Of a stretch of DNA of 64,000 bases, positions 1 to 6,622 are shown one piece after another. Numbering within the stretch: the stretch's first letter is position 1; each line of letters begins with the position of its first letter. Source of the stretch: Klebsiella phage KPP2018; sequence record NC_110934.1; one strand, 5' to 3'. The notes beneath the pieces were generated by a model, which was not told the DNA's origin, searched no databases, and saw only the letters and a list, made by a program, of their open reading frames with translations. Made by a program: the position numbers and the translations under genes.

Positions 1-64
1 TCTTGTTCTGTCATGTTGCTCCCCCAGTTCAATTTATGTAATTATTATACAGAACTTTTGGAAA

Positions 65-352
65 CTAAGCAACTACATTTTTTAAGAATTTGATGCCTTT
101 CTTTCTCTTCTTATATTTCCACGTTAATGGATTCTGTCGATTATGAACACTTGAGATCTTTGTCTCATCAAAGTTCTTCAATATCATGTAATCACAAGAT
201 AGTTGTTCTAATGGAATGTGATCACCGTCAAAAGCGTGTACATAAGGTTGTTGACTAGCACGATAATGATAGACTTTGTTAATTCTACGTTTCAGCGACT
301 TATCCGCGCAGTAAATAAAGAAGTTTTCAGGATGCATCAGCAGCTCCTTCAA
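65..352 (-). CDS. hypothetical protein (95 aa); duplicated at 29529-29816
   Basis: ORF track; directly upstream (in transcription) of it lie tRNA genes, probably co-transcribed. Confidence 0.5.
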   Translation of the reverse strand: MKELLMHPENFFIYCADKSLKRRINKVYHYRASQQPYVHAFDGDHIPLEQLSCDYMILKNFDETKISSVHNRQNPLTWKYKKRKKGIKFLKNVVA

Positions 353-354
353 TT

Positions 355-429
355 TGGTGCACCCTGTTCGTATCGAACGAACCTCTCAAGCTCTTCAGGC
401 AAGCGCTAATCCATCTCAGCTAAAGGTGC
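355..429 (-). tRNA. tRNA, anticodon loop CUGAAGA (GAA, Phe-like); anticodon stem has two U-U mismatches
   Basis: Reverse complement GCACCUU..GUUCG-UUCGAUA-CGAAC-AGGGUGC-A-CCA: 7-bp acceptor, D-arm, T-arm and encoded CCA. Confidence 0.65.
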
Positions 430-435
430 AAATTT

Positions 436-512
436 TGGCAGGGGTAAAGGTATTCGAAACCTTTTCATGGGTTTTGGAGGCCCATTTGCAACCTATGCGT
501 ACCCCAATTATT
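436..512 (-). ncRNA. tRNA-like remnant (T-arm AAGGU-UUCGAAU-ACCUU, U1-U72 mismatch, 9-nt anticodon loop); possibly pseudo-tRNA
   Basis: T-arm and acceptor recognisable but D-arm and anticodon arm non-canonical. Confidence 0.3.
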
Positions 513-515
513 AAT

Positions 516-590
516 TGGCACACCCAACGAGGATCGAACTCGTGTTCCCACTGTGAAAGAGTGGTGTCCTAACCGCTAGACGATAGGTGC
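516..590 (-). tRNA. tRNA-Glu (UUC)
   Basis: Revcomp has acceptor, D-arm GUCUAGCGGUUAGGAC, anticodon stem CCACU/AGUGG with loop CUUUCAC, T-arm GAGUUCGAUCCUCG, CCA. Confidence 0.85.
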
Positions 591-597
591 ATTAAAT

Positions 598-685
598 TGG
601 TGGGGAAAGATGGAGTCGAACCACCCGAGTCGCAATGACAACTGATTTACAGTCAGCTCTGCTACCACTTACAGAATATTTCCCC
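598..685 (-). tRNA. tRNA-Tyr (GUA), type II with long variable arm
   Basis: Revcomp GGGGAAA..; anticodon loop CUGUAAA; long variable arm; T-arm GGUUCGACUCC; acceptor GGGGAAA/UUUCCCC; CCA. Confidence 0.8.
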
Positions 686-815
686 ATATTTAGAAGTATT
701 CAAAAATTCTCATTTAAACACTTTTAAATATGTTTCCAAATTAGATAAATATTATATCAAGTTTTATAGTATTGGGCAAGTCAAATTTTAAAGAACTTGC
801 CCAATGCTGTATTAG

Positions 816-1091
816 TTAGTCGAACTTAGGAGTGACAGTTAAGGAGAACGGAAGTTCAAAAACTTCTTCGCCCTCATCACTAATAGTGATTACACGACCT
901 TTAAGTTCAGACATTGAAATATCAATATCAGCTTTTGCATCTGGAGCCATGCCAGCTTCAATACATTTAGCTTTAATTTCCGGCAGAAGTTCTACATCGT
1001 AGAAATAAAGCCATTCAATCTCACCTTCCCAGCCTTCCCAGGATTTACAGATTGCACTTTCAATACCAGCAGCTATAACACGATTTTGCAT
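816..1091 (-). CDS. hypothetical protein (91 aa)
   Basis: ORF track; preceded by conserved early promoter/leader; duplicated at 30280-30555. Confidence 0.55.
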   Translation of the reverse strand: MQNRVIAAGIESAICKSWEGWEGEIEWLYFYDVELLPEIKAKCIEAGMAPDAKADIDISMSELKGRVITISDEGEEVFELPFSLTVTPKFD

Positions 1092-1160
1092 TCGTTAACT
1101 CCTTCATCAATTTATATAACTATTATATCAGAAATTTAAAGCAAAAGGCAAGTACATTTT
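1092..1160 (-). promoter_or_regulatory. Conserved T5-type early promoter (-35 TTGCCT, 17 bp, -10 TATAAT) plus conserved leader/RBS
   Basis: Minus-strand reading: ..TTGCCTtttgctttaaatttctgaTATAATagttatataaattgatgaaggag; member of >20-copy element family. Confidence 0.7.
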
Positions 1161-1181
1161 TAAAAATTCTGTTTGGAGGAG

Positions 1182-1388
1182 CTAAACTCCAGATTCTTCA
1201 GCCAAGTCTAGACTAATAAGAGATATAGCCATAATTGCTGCTCCGTGCTCTTTTTCTCCAGTCTCTTTAGCTAGAGTTATAATATCAAGAAATTGCTTAT
1301 GAAAATCTGCAACCTCTTGAGTTATACCTGCCTCAGCAATCATGCCTTTAAGCATGAAGCGTTGTGCGGTAATTTCAGGATTAGCCAT
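1182..1388 (-). CDS. hypothetical protein (68 aa)
   Basis: ORF track; start ATG overlaps stop of upstream small ORF (ATGGCTAA coupling). Confidence 0.5.
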   Translation of the reverse strand: MANPEITAQRFMLKGMIAEAGITQEVADFHKQFLDIITLAKETGEKEHGAAIMAISLISLDLAEESGV

Positions 1389-1548
1389 GTTGTTTCTCCA
1401 GTTTCATCTTTAATAGTCTACAAATAAAATCAATGTCTTCATCCGTGCCTAGATCTCTATCTTCAAGGGTTGCCTTGAAGTTTTTAGTCAATTCCATGAG
1501 AATAACTTCTCTAGAACGACGTGTTGGCGGAGGTGGATGTCTATACAT
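1381..1548 (-). CDS. hypothetical small protein (55 aa, MYRHPPPPTRRSREVILMEL...)
   Basis: Unlisted (<60 aa) ORF; stop overlaps start of 1182-1388 gene, typical translational coupling. Confidence 0.4.
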   Translation of the reverse strand: MYRHPPPPTRRSREVILMELTKNFKATLEDRDLGTDEDIDFICRLLKMKLEKQHG

Positions 1549-1563
1549 CTTATTTCCTTAATT

Positions 1564-1640
1564 TGGTAGGGGTGGTGGGATTCGAACCCACAAAACCTGA
1601 ATTTTAAGTCCAGTACCTATGCCAATTCGATTACACCCCC
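1564..1640 (-). tRNA. tRNA, anticodon loop CUUAAAA (UAA, Leu-like) but type-I length with short variable loop
   Basis: Revcomp GGGGGUG..acceptor pairs with CACCCCU; anticodon stem CUGGA/UUCAG; T-arm GUGGG-UUCGAAU-CCCAC; A-CCA. Confidence 0.6.
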
Positions 1641-1647
1641 ATGTAGT

Positions 1648-1836
1648 TTAGTCAATTACTTTTGAGGCTTCAAGGTAGTCGATATAGTGTACGTTTTCTA
1701 CCGTAATCATATAATCCGCCACTTTATCCATAGCTTGGGCTTCAGAGGTAGCTCTGGCTAACCTATATCCTTTTCTATACTCATCCGGGTATTCTCTATC
1801 TTGAATAAACACAACATAAACTATATATAGATCCAT
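1648..1836 (-). CDS. hypothetical protein (62 aa)
   Basis: ORF track. Confidence 0.45.
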   Translation of the reverse strand: MDLYIVYVVFIQDREYPDEYRKGYRLARATSEAQAMDKVADYMITVENVHYIDYLEASKVID

Positions 1837-1855
1837 TTGTGACCTCTATTTAATT

Positions 1856-1933
1856 TGGTGGCTCCCCGAGGATTCGAACCTACGTACCTTCCGGTTATGA
1901 GCCGGGTGCTCATACCATATGAGCTTGAGAACC
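1856..1933 (-). tRNA. tRNA-Met/Ile2 (CAU)
   Basis: Revcomp GGUUCUC..; anticodon stem CCGG with loop CUCAUAA; T-loop UUCGAAU (T-stem has mismatches); acceptor with two G-U pairs; CCA. Confidence 0.65.
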
Positions 1934-1939
1934 AAAATC

Positions 1940-2028
1940 TGGCGGAAGAAGTGGGAATCGAACCCACAAGGCTATATTTCAAACCGACAGATTAGCAATC
2001 TGCTGCAATACCATTATGCTATTCTTCC
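1940..2028 (-). tRNA. tRNA-Ser (GCU), type II
   Basis: Revcomp GGAAGAA..; anticodon stem GCAGA/UCUGU, loop UUGCUAA; long variable arm; T-arm GUGGG-UUCGAUU-CCCAC; G-CCA. Confidence 0.8.
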
Positions 2029-2049
2029 GAATTTATAAGATATATTATA

Positions 2050-2571
2050 TTAGAAATTTAGCTTCATAGCAAGAAAATTTTTCAAGTTTTCGGTAGACAT
2101 CTCATCCACATCTACAGGAGAAACAAATCCATTTAATTGTCTAGCAAACTTTTCACCAGCAGGATCATTGTCCCCAACAGCTACCAATTTAAAAGGTAGT
2201 AATTTCAGTTGCTTTAATAACGCTTTTCCTGGAGAAGAACCCAACATTGCCAGGGCTGGATAACCCGCATTATGTAATGCAACTGCCTTAAATACAGATT
2301 CAGCAATCAATACTACTTTTTCATCCCCATTGAGAGTTTCTAGTCCCCATACACACTGTGTAGTAGAATAAGTAAAGTATTTAGCTTCAAAGGGGCACTT
2401 ACCATGACCTTTTGGAGCAGAAGGATTATAAGTTTGATAGCCCCTCAACATTCCAGAGAAATCATACAACGGGACTGTTAGCCACCCTTCCGGACTTAAC
2501 CAGCAATGATATTTATCTGTATCAAATCCTCTAGATAAGAGGTGCTGTGTTAGCTCATCAACATTCATATT
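2050..2571 (-). CDS. Toprim-domain protein (DnaG-primase-like Toprim: E in IAES, DxD in AVGDNDPAG)
   Basis: ORF track 2050-2619; real start is Met17 (MNVDELTQ..) because the conserved TATAAT+ATAAATTTGAGAGAGG leader ends there. Confidence 0.6.
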   Translation of the reverse strand, partial: NMNVDELTQHLLSRGFDTDKYHCWLSPEGWLTVPLYDFSGMLRGYQTYNPSAPKGHGKCPFEAKYFTYSTTQCVWGLETLNGDEKVVLIAESVFKAVALHNAGYPALAMLGSSPGKALLKQLKLLPFKLVAVGDNDPAGEKFARQLNGFVSPVDVDEMSTENLKNFLAMKLNF

Positions 2572-2663
2572 TGGTTCCTCTCTCAAATTTATAGATATAT
2601 TATACAGAGAATTTAGCATTCAAGCAATCAAATTTTTTAACTTTTTAGAGGAAAATCATAGGG

Positions 2664-2686
2664 CACTTAAGGGTAGCAGATAAGTG
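2664..2686 (+). promoter_or_regulatory. Inverted repeat CACTTAAG-N7-CTTAAGTG-like (CACTTA..TAAGTG), candidate operator upstream of Gly-rich gene promoter
   Basis: cacttaagggtagcagataagtg: 6-bp arms are reverse complements. Confidence 0.3.
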
Positions 2687-2744
2687 GTGAGGACCAAAAT
2701 TTGTGACCCCACTAAAAATCCAGGGGCAATTTTTAAAGACCCCT

Positions 2745-2772
2745 TGACATTTTCGCTGGGGTAGTGTAAAGT
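2745..2772 (+). promoter_or_regulatory. sigma70-like promoter (TTGACA, 16 bp, TAAAGT) for the Gly-rich protein operon; copy 1
   Basis: cccTTGACAttttcgctggggtagtgTAAAGTatatg; not of the conserved phage early-promoter class. Confidence 0.55.
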
Positions 2773-2834
2773 ATATGTTATGGATGAGTGATCAAAGAGA
2801 CACACATTTTCTATATACTAGGAGGTGTCAAAAA

Positions 2835-3611
2835 ATGACAGAAGAAGTAGCTAAGAGTCCTGAGACCGTCGCTAGCGTTGCAGCAGAACTGCACCGTCAC
2901 GAGGAATCAGATAAGAAAAAGTGGGAGAAGGTCAGAGCCTACGAAGAGAAACATCGTGAACACGATGAAGATGATGAAGAAGATGACGATGATGAGTATT
3001 GTCATAAATATGGAAAACGTAAAATGCAAGAACCAGTAAACGTATTCACTAGTGGCTTCCCTGGCCTAATGGGTGGTTACCCAGCAAACGCAGGTGCTTT
3101 CGGTGGTGAAGGTATGGGACTATTCGGAGCTATCCTAATCGGTGCTCTATTAACAGGCGGATTCGGTGGTTTTGGTGGATTTGGTGGACGTGGTGTAGTT
3201 GGTGAAGGTACCGCAGTTGATGCAGTACTTCAGAACCAAGATACCGCTAGTATTCTAGCAGCTATTAACACTACTCGTACAGAAGCTAACCAGGGTACTG
3301 GAGCTGTTTTAAGCGCAGTTAACAATGGTTTTAGCCAGACATCCCAAAACCAGAGCCGTGATACTCAGTCTGTACTAACTACGATCTATGGTACGGGTGC
3401 TAATCTGTCTAATCAAATCTGCCAGGAAACTCGCAACGTTATTCAGGGTCAGTTCGATCTTTCTCGCCAGATTGATCAATCTTTCGCAGCTAACCAGATA
3501 GCTCGTGCACAAGATAAGTTTGATTCTGCACAGATCGCTTTCCAGCAGACTTTACAAACTAATAACCAGTTTGCCGCTGTTCAGGCTCAGATGTGTGCTA
3601 ACCAGTTATGA
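2835..3611 (+). pseudogene. Truncated copy (258 aa + 1 junction aa) of Gly-zipper/QN-rich membrane protein gene; truncated at repeat boundary 3605/3606
   Basis: RBS AGGAGG 9 nt before ATG 2835; identical to first 257 codons of the 331-aa gene at 32299-33291, then reads L-stop across the junction. Confidence 0.75.
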
Positions 3612-3711
3612 TAATGATCAAATCGATCAGCAAACGGCGGGCTTTTTGCTGGACACGCTGAAAGCGGAACACTGCACTAAAAAGCAAGCGGCAAAAATTA
3701 TTTTAATGTAA
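3607..3711 (+). pseudogene. Orphan C-terminal gene fragment (..YDNDQIDQQTAGFLLDTLKAEHCTKKQAAKIILM*) lacking N-terminus and start
   Basis: Open frame begins exactly at the repeat junction, ends at TAA 3709-3711, followed by hairpin GGGGCG-aaagtaa-CGCCCC. Confidence 0.5.
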
Positions 3712-3759
3712 TTAATAAAGGGGCGAAAGTAACGCCCCACTAACTAGGGAGTATTACAA

Positions 3760-3909
3760 ATGATTATTTTTCGAGCTATTCTGGCGGGTATCTTGGGCGC
3801 TATTTTATCTTTGTTTGCAATAGCTTTCGATGTTCACGCGGTTATTATCGGCGCGGGTATCGCTGCATTTTCTTATCTGCTGGGCTGCATGACTAGTAAA
3901 GGAGAATAA
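3760..3909 (+). CDS. small hydrophobic membrane protein (49 aa, MIIFRAILAGILGAILSLFAIAF...)
   Basis: Unlisted ORF; two predicted TM stretches; GC-richer than surrounding phage DNA. Confidence 0.5.
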   Translation: MIIFRAILAGILGAILSLFAIAFDVHAVIIGAGIAAFSYLLGCMTSKGE

Positions 3910-3911
3910 AA

Positions 3912-4124
3912 ATGATCCGCAACGTTTCTCTTGCACGTTCGAAAGGCTTTAAGCTGGTGGATGCTAACACGTTCGAGCGGGAAGATTGTAAAATCGAATA
4001 TGTAGCACGTAACAAAAATGCCTTTCGTGTTACTGAGAAAAAATTTGATAAGCGCGGCAACGTGATCGCTGAAACGGTTAAGCACTTTGCCACCTTTTAC
4101 GCTGCGTTTCGTGGGGTACTATGA
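3912..4124 (+). CDS. hypothetical protein (70 aa)
   Basis: ORF track; RBS GGAG 8 nt upstream; start 3 nt after previous stop. Confidence 0.55.
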   Translation: MIRNVSLARSKGFKLVDANTFEREDCKIEYVARNKNAFRVTEKKFDKRGNVIAETVKHFATFYAAFRGVL

Positions 4125-4261
4125 AAAGCGTTATCGTTATTGCCCTTGCAATGGTTGGCGGTTTTACCGCCACCTTATTCAAAAATGACCCCATTTCATT
4201 GGGGATCTTTATGTTATTATCTGGCTATCTAATTGGGAGGTTGTCAAATGGTTATTTATGA
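4121..4261 (+). CDS. small membrane protein (46 aa, MKSVIVIALAMVGGFTATLF...)
   Basis: Unlisted ORF; ATGA overlap with upstream stop; hydrophobic. Confidence 0.5.
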   Translation: MKSVIVIALAMVGGFTATLFKNDPISLGIFMLLSGYLIGRLSNGYL

Positions 4262-4592
4262 GGGCAATCGTTTTGTTGCTAATTGCCGTCCTGCATTATT
4301 AGCAAACTACTTAAATCAGCTTTCCCCAGCTTATAAGGGTGTTATTAATATTTATGAGGGCAAGGCGCATTATAAAATCAATGCGGTCGTTGCCCGTGAA
4401 CTAGCATTTCAATTTTTGACCTTTGCATCTTGTGATATTCAGGTCATGGGGGAAGCATTAATTGCAGAAAATGAAGATGATTTTATTAATATTTTCCGCA
4501 AGATATGCACCGAGCGGCTGATAATGAAAGGCGCGTATATTCAATCCACGGCTGATAGTATTGAAACAGCGTTTCGAAAGGTGGCGCAATGA
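4248..4592 (+). CDS. hypothetical protein (114 aa)
   Basis: ORF track 4233-4592; likely start ATG 4248 after RBS GGGAGG. Confidence 0.55.
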   Translation: MVIYEGNRFVANCRPALLANYLNQLSPAYKGVINIYEGKAHYKINAVVARELAFQFLTFASCDIQVMGEALIAENEDDFINIFRKICTERLIMKGAYIQSTADSIETAFRKVAQ

Positions 4593-4747
4593 AAAAGTTT
4601 TTAATAGCTGGCATGTTTCCGTTGTTGCCTTATGTAATTTGCTGGGCTTTATACGCTCATGGCGCTAGTGTTCCCGCTGTGGCTTCATTTGGTGTATCGG
4701 CGGGCTTTCTAGCTGGACTATTAGCAAGCGTATACTTACGCAAATAA
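4589..4747 (+). CDS. small membrane protein (52 aa, MKKFLIAGMFPLLPYVICWALYAHG...)
   Basis: Unlisted ORF; ATGA overlap with stop of previous gene. Confidence 0.5.
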   Translation: MKKFLIAGMFPLLPYVICWALYAHGASVPAVASFGVSAGFLAGLLASVYLRK

Positions 4748-4766
4748 TTAATAATGGGGCGTTATT

Positions 4767-4961
4767 ATGAGCAATAAAATTGTTGTAACCAAAATCAGTA
4801 CAATGGTTGATGTTTTTTACGTGCCCGATACGCCGGAAAACCGACAAGCGGTCGAGCGTGGAGAATATGATAAAGTGATTTATGATCACGATGGTTATTA
4901 TCAGCATTTAGTGGATTCCTACGGGGAGGAGGAGAAGATCACGCATCGACTACCAGACTAA
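4767..4961 (+). CDS. hypothetical protein (64 aa)
   Basis: ORF track; last gene before the non-coding repeat block. Confidence 0.5.
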   Translation: MSNKIVVTKISTMVDVFYVPDTPENRQAVERGEYDKVIYDHDGYYQHLVDSYGEEEKITHRLPD

Positions 4962-5000
4962 TAATCACGGGGCGCAACTATCAGGAAGTGCCCCCAATTC

Positions 5001-5025
5001 TCAAATGAGAATGATTCTCATTTGA
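5001..5025. promoter_or_regulatory. 25-bp palindrome TCAAATGAGAATGATTCTCATTTGA (Fur-box-like GATAATGATAATCATTATC relative)
   Basis: Perfect inverted repeat; half-site AATGAGAAT recurs in the downstream iterons. Confidence 0.4.
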
Positions 5026-5217
5026 CCGCGCCCGCGATGGTTAGCCTGCTAATGGTTAGGGTGTTACGTGTCGCCTTGTGTGATCGTTAGCGTGCTAACT
5101 AATTTTCAAGCCTCCTTCAATTTTGCCCTTGTTTTAGTATCCCCAACAAAATTAAACGCGTTAGAATGCGTTTGAGAGCGTTTTAACGCTATATTAGAAT
5201 TATTCACTGCGTAGGAA

Positions 5218-5237
5218 TACTGTATATTTATACAGTA
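5218..5237. promoter_or_regulatory. LexA (SOS) box TACTGTATATTTATACAGTA
   Basis: Perfect CTGT-N8-ACAG palindrome with AT-rich spacer matching E. coli LexA consensus. Confidence 0.55.
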
Positions 5238-5246
5238 GGATAAGCT

Positions 5247-5255
5247 GTGGATAAG
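5247..5255 (-). promoter_or_regulatory. DnaA box (TTATCCACA on minus strand)
   Basis: tgtggataa; second identical box at 5319-5327 and a 1-mismatch box (tgttgataa) at 5258-5266. Confidence 0.5.
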
Positions 5256-5318
5256 TCTGTTGATAACGCTTCAAAACGGCTAGAATTTTGTCAAGTCAAA
5301 TCGTGCTGTTAGTAAGTC

Positions 5319-5327
5319 TGTGGATAA
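5319..5327 (-). promoter_or_regulatory. DnaA box (TTATCCACA on minus strand), within repeated 13-mer AGTCTGTGGATAA
   Basis: Exact 9-mer consensus. Confidence 0.5.
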
Positions 5328-5350
5328 CTTAAATAACAGTGTTTCTCACT

Positions 5351-5530
5351 TCCGTTCTTAAATGAGAATCATTATCATTTGCATTTCACTATCTAACTAA
5401 TAATCATTCCGCTTTTTAAATGAGAATCATTCCGCTTTTTAAATGAGATTGATTCTCATTCCGCTTTTTAAATGCGAATTATTATCATTCTCATTCCGCT
5501 TTTTAAATGAGAATGATTCTTATTATCATT
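5351..5530. repeat. Iteron array A: 4-5 direct repeats of ~23-33 bp core CATTCCGCTTTTTAAATGAGAAT(CATT)
   Basis: cattccgctttttaaatgagaat repeated head-to-tail at 5405, 5428, 5455, 5488 with Fur-box-like AATCATTATCATT tails. Confidence 0.7.
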
Positions 5531-5538
5531 CGTATTTA

Positions 5539-5564
5539 GCGCAGGGCAATTGCCCTGCGCTTTT
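5539..5564. terminator. 22-bp perfect GC-rich palindrome GCGCAGGGCAATTGCCCTGCGC followed by TTTT (intrinsic-terminator-like or protein-binding site)
   Basis: Perfect dyad with 9-bp GC-rich arms and U-tract. Confidence 0.5.
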
Positions 5565-5787
5565 GTGCAAATCCGACATTGCTCCACGGGTGTTACGTGC
5601 GGGCGTGTATGTGCGAATCCGACAATCTTTGGTAGTGTGCAAATCCGACCCGAAAAATTTTTATAGTGTGCAAATCCGACAATGAATTTTCCCAAAAACT
5701 CCAGCAATCTCGAACTGCGTTCGAATCCTGTGGGGTATGTGCAAATTCGACACGGTTTTTCTAGGATTAAGATGTGCAAATCCGACA
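5565..5787. repeat. Iteron array B: six direct copies of GTGCAAATCCGACA (14 bp; variants GTGCGAATCCGACA, GTGCAAATTCGACA)
   Basis: Copies at 5565, 5611, 5637, 5668, 5739, 5774, irregular 26-71 bp spacing. Confidence 0.75.
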
Positions 5788-6098
5788 AGATTTTTGTGAC
5801 TTCGATTGGAGGGTGTGTGATTGTGTGGGTTTGGGGAGAAGATGAGAGAGCGAGAGAAAATAAGGGAAGAAACTGGAGGAGCAGCATGGGTGGCGTGTAA
5901 CGCCTGATTTGCTGCGTTTTTGGGGAAGAGTTGAGAAGATTTGGGTTAATTGGGCTTGGGGCGAGATAAAGTAAAATTTTATTAGCAAAATGGGGCAAAA
6001 TAGCTTGACAAGTGAAAATTCCTGTGGCTCTAAAAACTCAGGCAATCATGGGCCTTCGGCCCGAAATAATGCTGCTATTTTCAGGAGATTATATGTGC

Positions 6099-6165
6099 CT
6101 AAAAACTTAGGCATTTGTGCAAATCCGACCATAAATTTCTAGAAACACAATGTGCAAATCCGACA
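6099..6165. repeat. Palindrome TGCCTAAAAACTTAGGCA plus two further GTGCAAATCCGAC(A/C) iterons (6117, 6152)
   Basis: Same 14-mer as array B, 35 bp apart. Confidence 0.65.
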
Positions 6166-6204
6166 GTAATTTCTGGAAATGTGTTTTCAAAAAATGTCTC
6201 CTAG

Positions 6205-6295
6205 AAATAACCGCCCTCCCTATAACCGCCCTGTATTAAACCGCCTAGTATATGTTCCTAGAAACTTAGGAGAACCGCCCACTAGAAGCGTGATA
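6205..6295. repeat. Four direct repeats of AACCGCC(C) at ~13-22 bp spacing interleaved with CTAGAAA motifs
   Basis: ataaccgccctcc / ataaccgccctgt / taaaccgcctagt / gaaccgcccact. Confidence 0.5.
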
Positions 6296-6622
6296 TCTCG
6301 TGGGTATTTCGTGAGAACTCTGGAGTTTCTAGGAAAGTGTATGTGATCCTAGAGATGGGGAGCGGCAACAGGTGTATCATCTTGAACACAGATATTGCCT
6401 TTAAATATATTCGTATGTTTTAAAAGTAAATGATCCCCCATTTCATGTGAGATTCCTCGTGGGGCGCGTGAGTATTACGGAAGAACTCTAATATTGGCCC
6501 GCGCTAAGACTAGCCGCTATAGCACAGACGCAAATAGAGTTGTAATAATCATCGCCCCTAGAGTTCACAATAAGAGTTATTGTTAATCTATGAGATTATT
6601 ATAACATACATTTTTAATAACG

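Larger units (their letters stand above)
1..3605. repeat. Large perfect direct repeat, copy 1 (identical to 29465-33069; left boundary may lie beyond window start)
   Basis: Window 1-3605 is base-for-base identical to 29465-33069 (the same ORF translations recur at +29464 offset; identity ends at 3605/33069 where t vs a differ). Confidence 0.95.

Noticed and set aside
218-572. Plus-strand ORFs 218-409 and 354-572 (and copies at 29682-30036)
   Set aside because: They lie antisense to a minus-strand gene and run straight through three tRNA genes. No RBS. Chance open frames.
1-3605. Transposon or IS-mediated duplication (looked for a transposase, terminal inverted repeats, target-site duplication at the repeat edges)
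   Set aside because: No transposase or integrase ORF and no inverted repeats at 3605/3606 or 29464/29465. The junction instead breaks two genes, consistent with illegitimate recombination or an assembly artefact.
5443-6045. ORFs 5443-5685, 5468-5998, 5682-5900, 5767-6045 inside the repeat block
   Set aside because: Low-complexity translations generated by the iterons themselves (for example repeated KSD/IRQ). They overlap each other on both strands. No RBS.
5351-6165. Possible CRISPR array (regularly recurring short repeats)
   Set aside because: Two different repeat families of 14 and ~23 bp. Spacing is irregular (26-71 bp). No uniform spacers, no cas genes, and the repeats sit beside DnaA and LexA boxes. 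These are iterons, not CRISPR.
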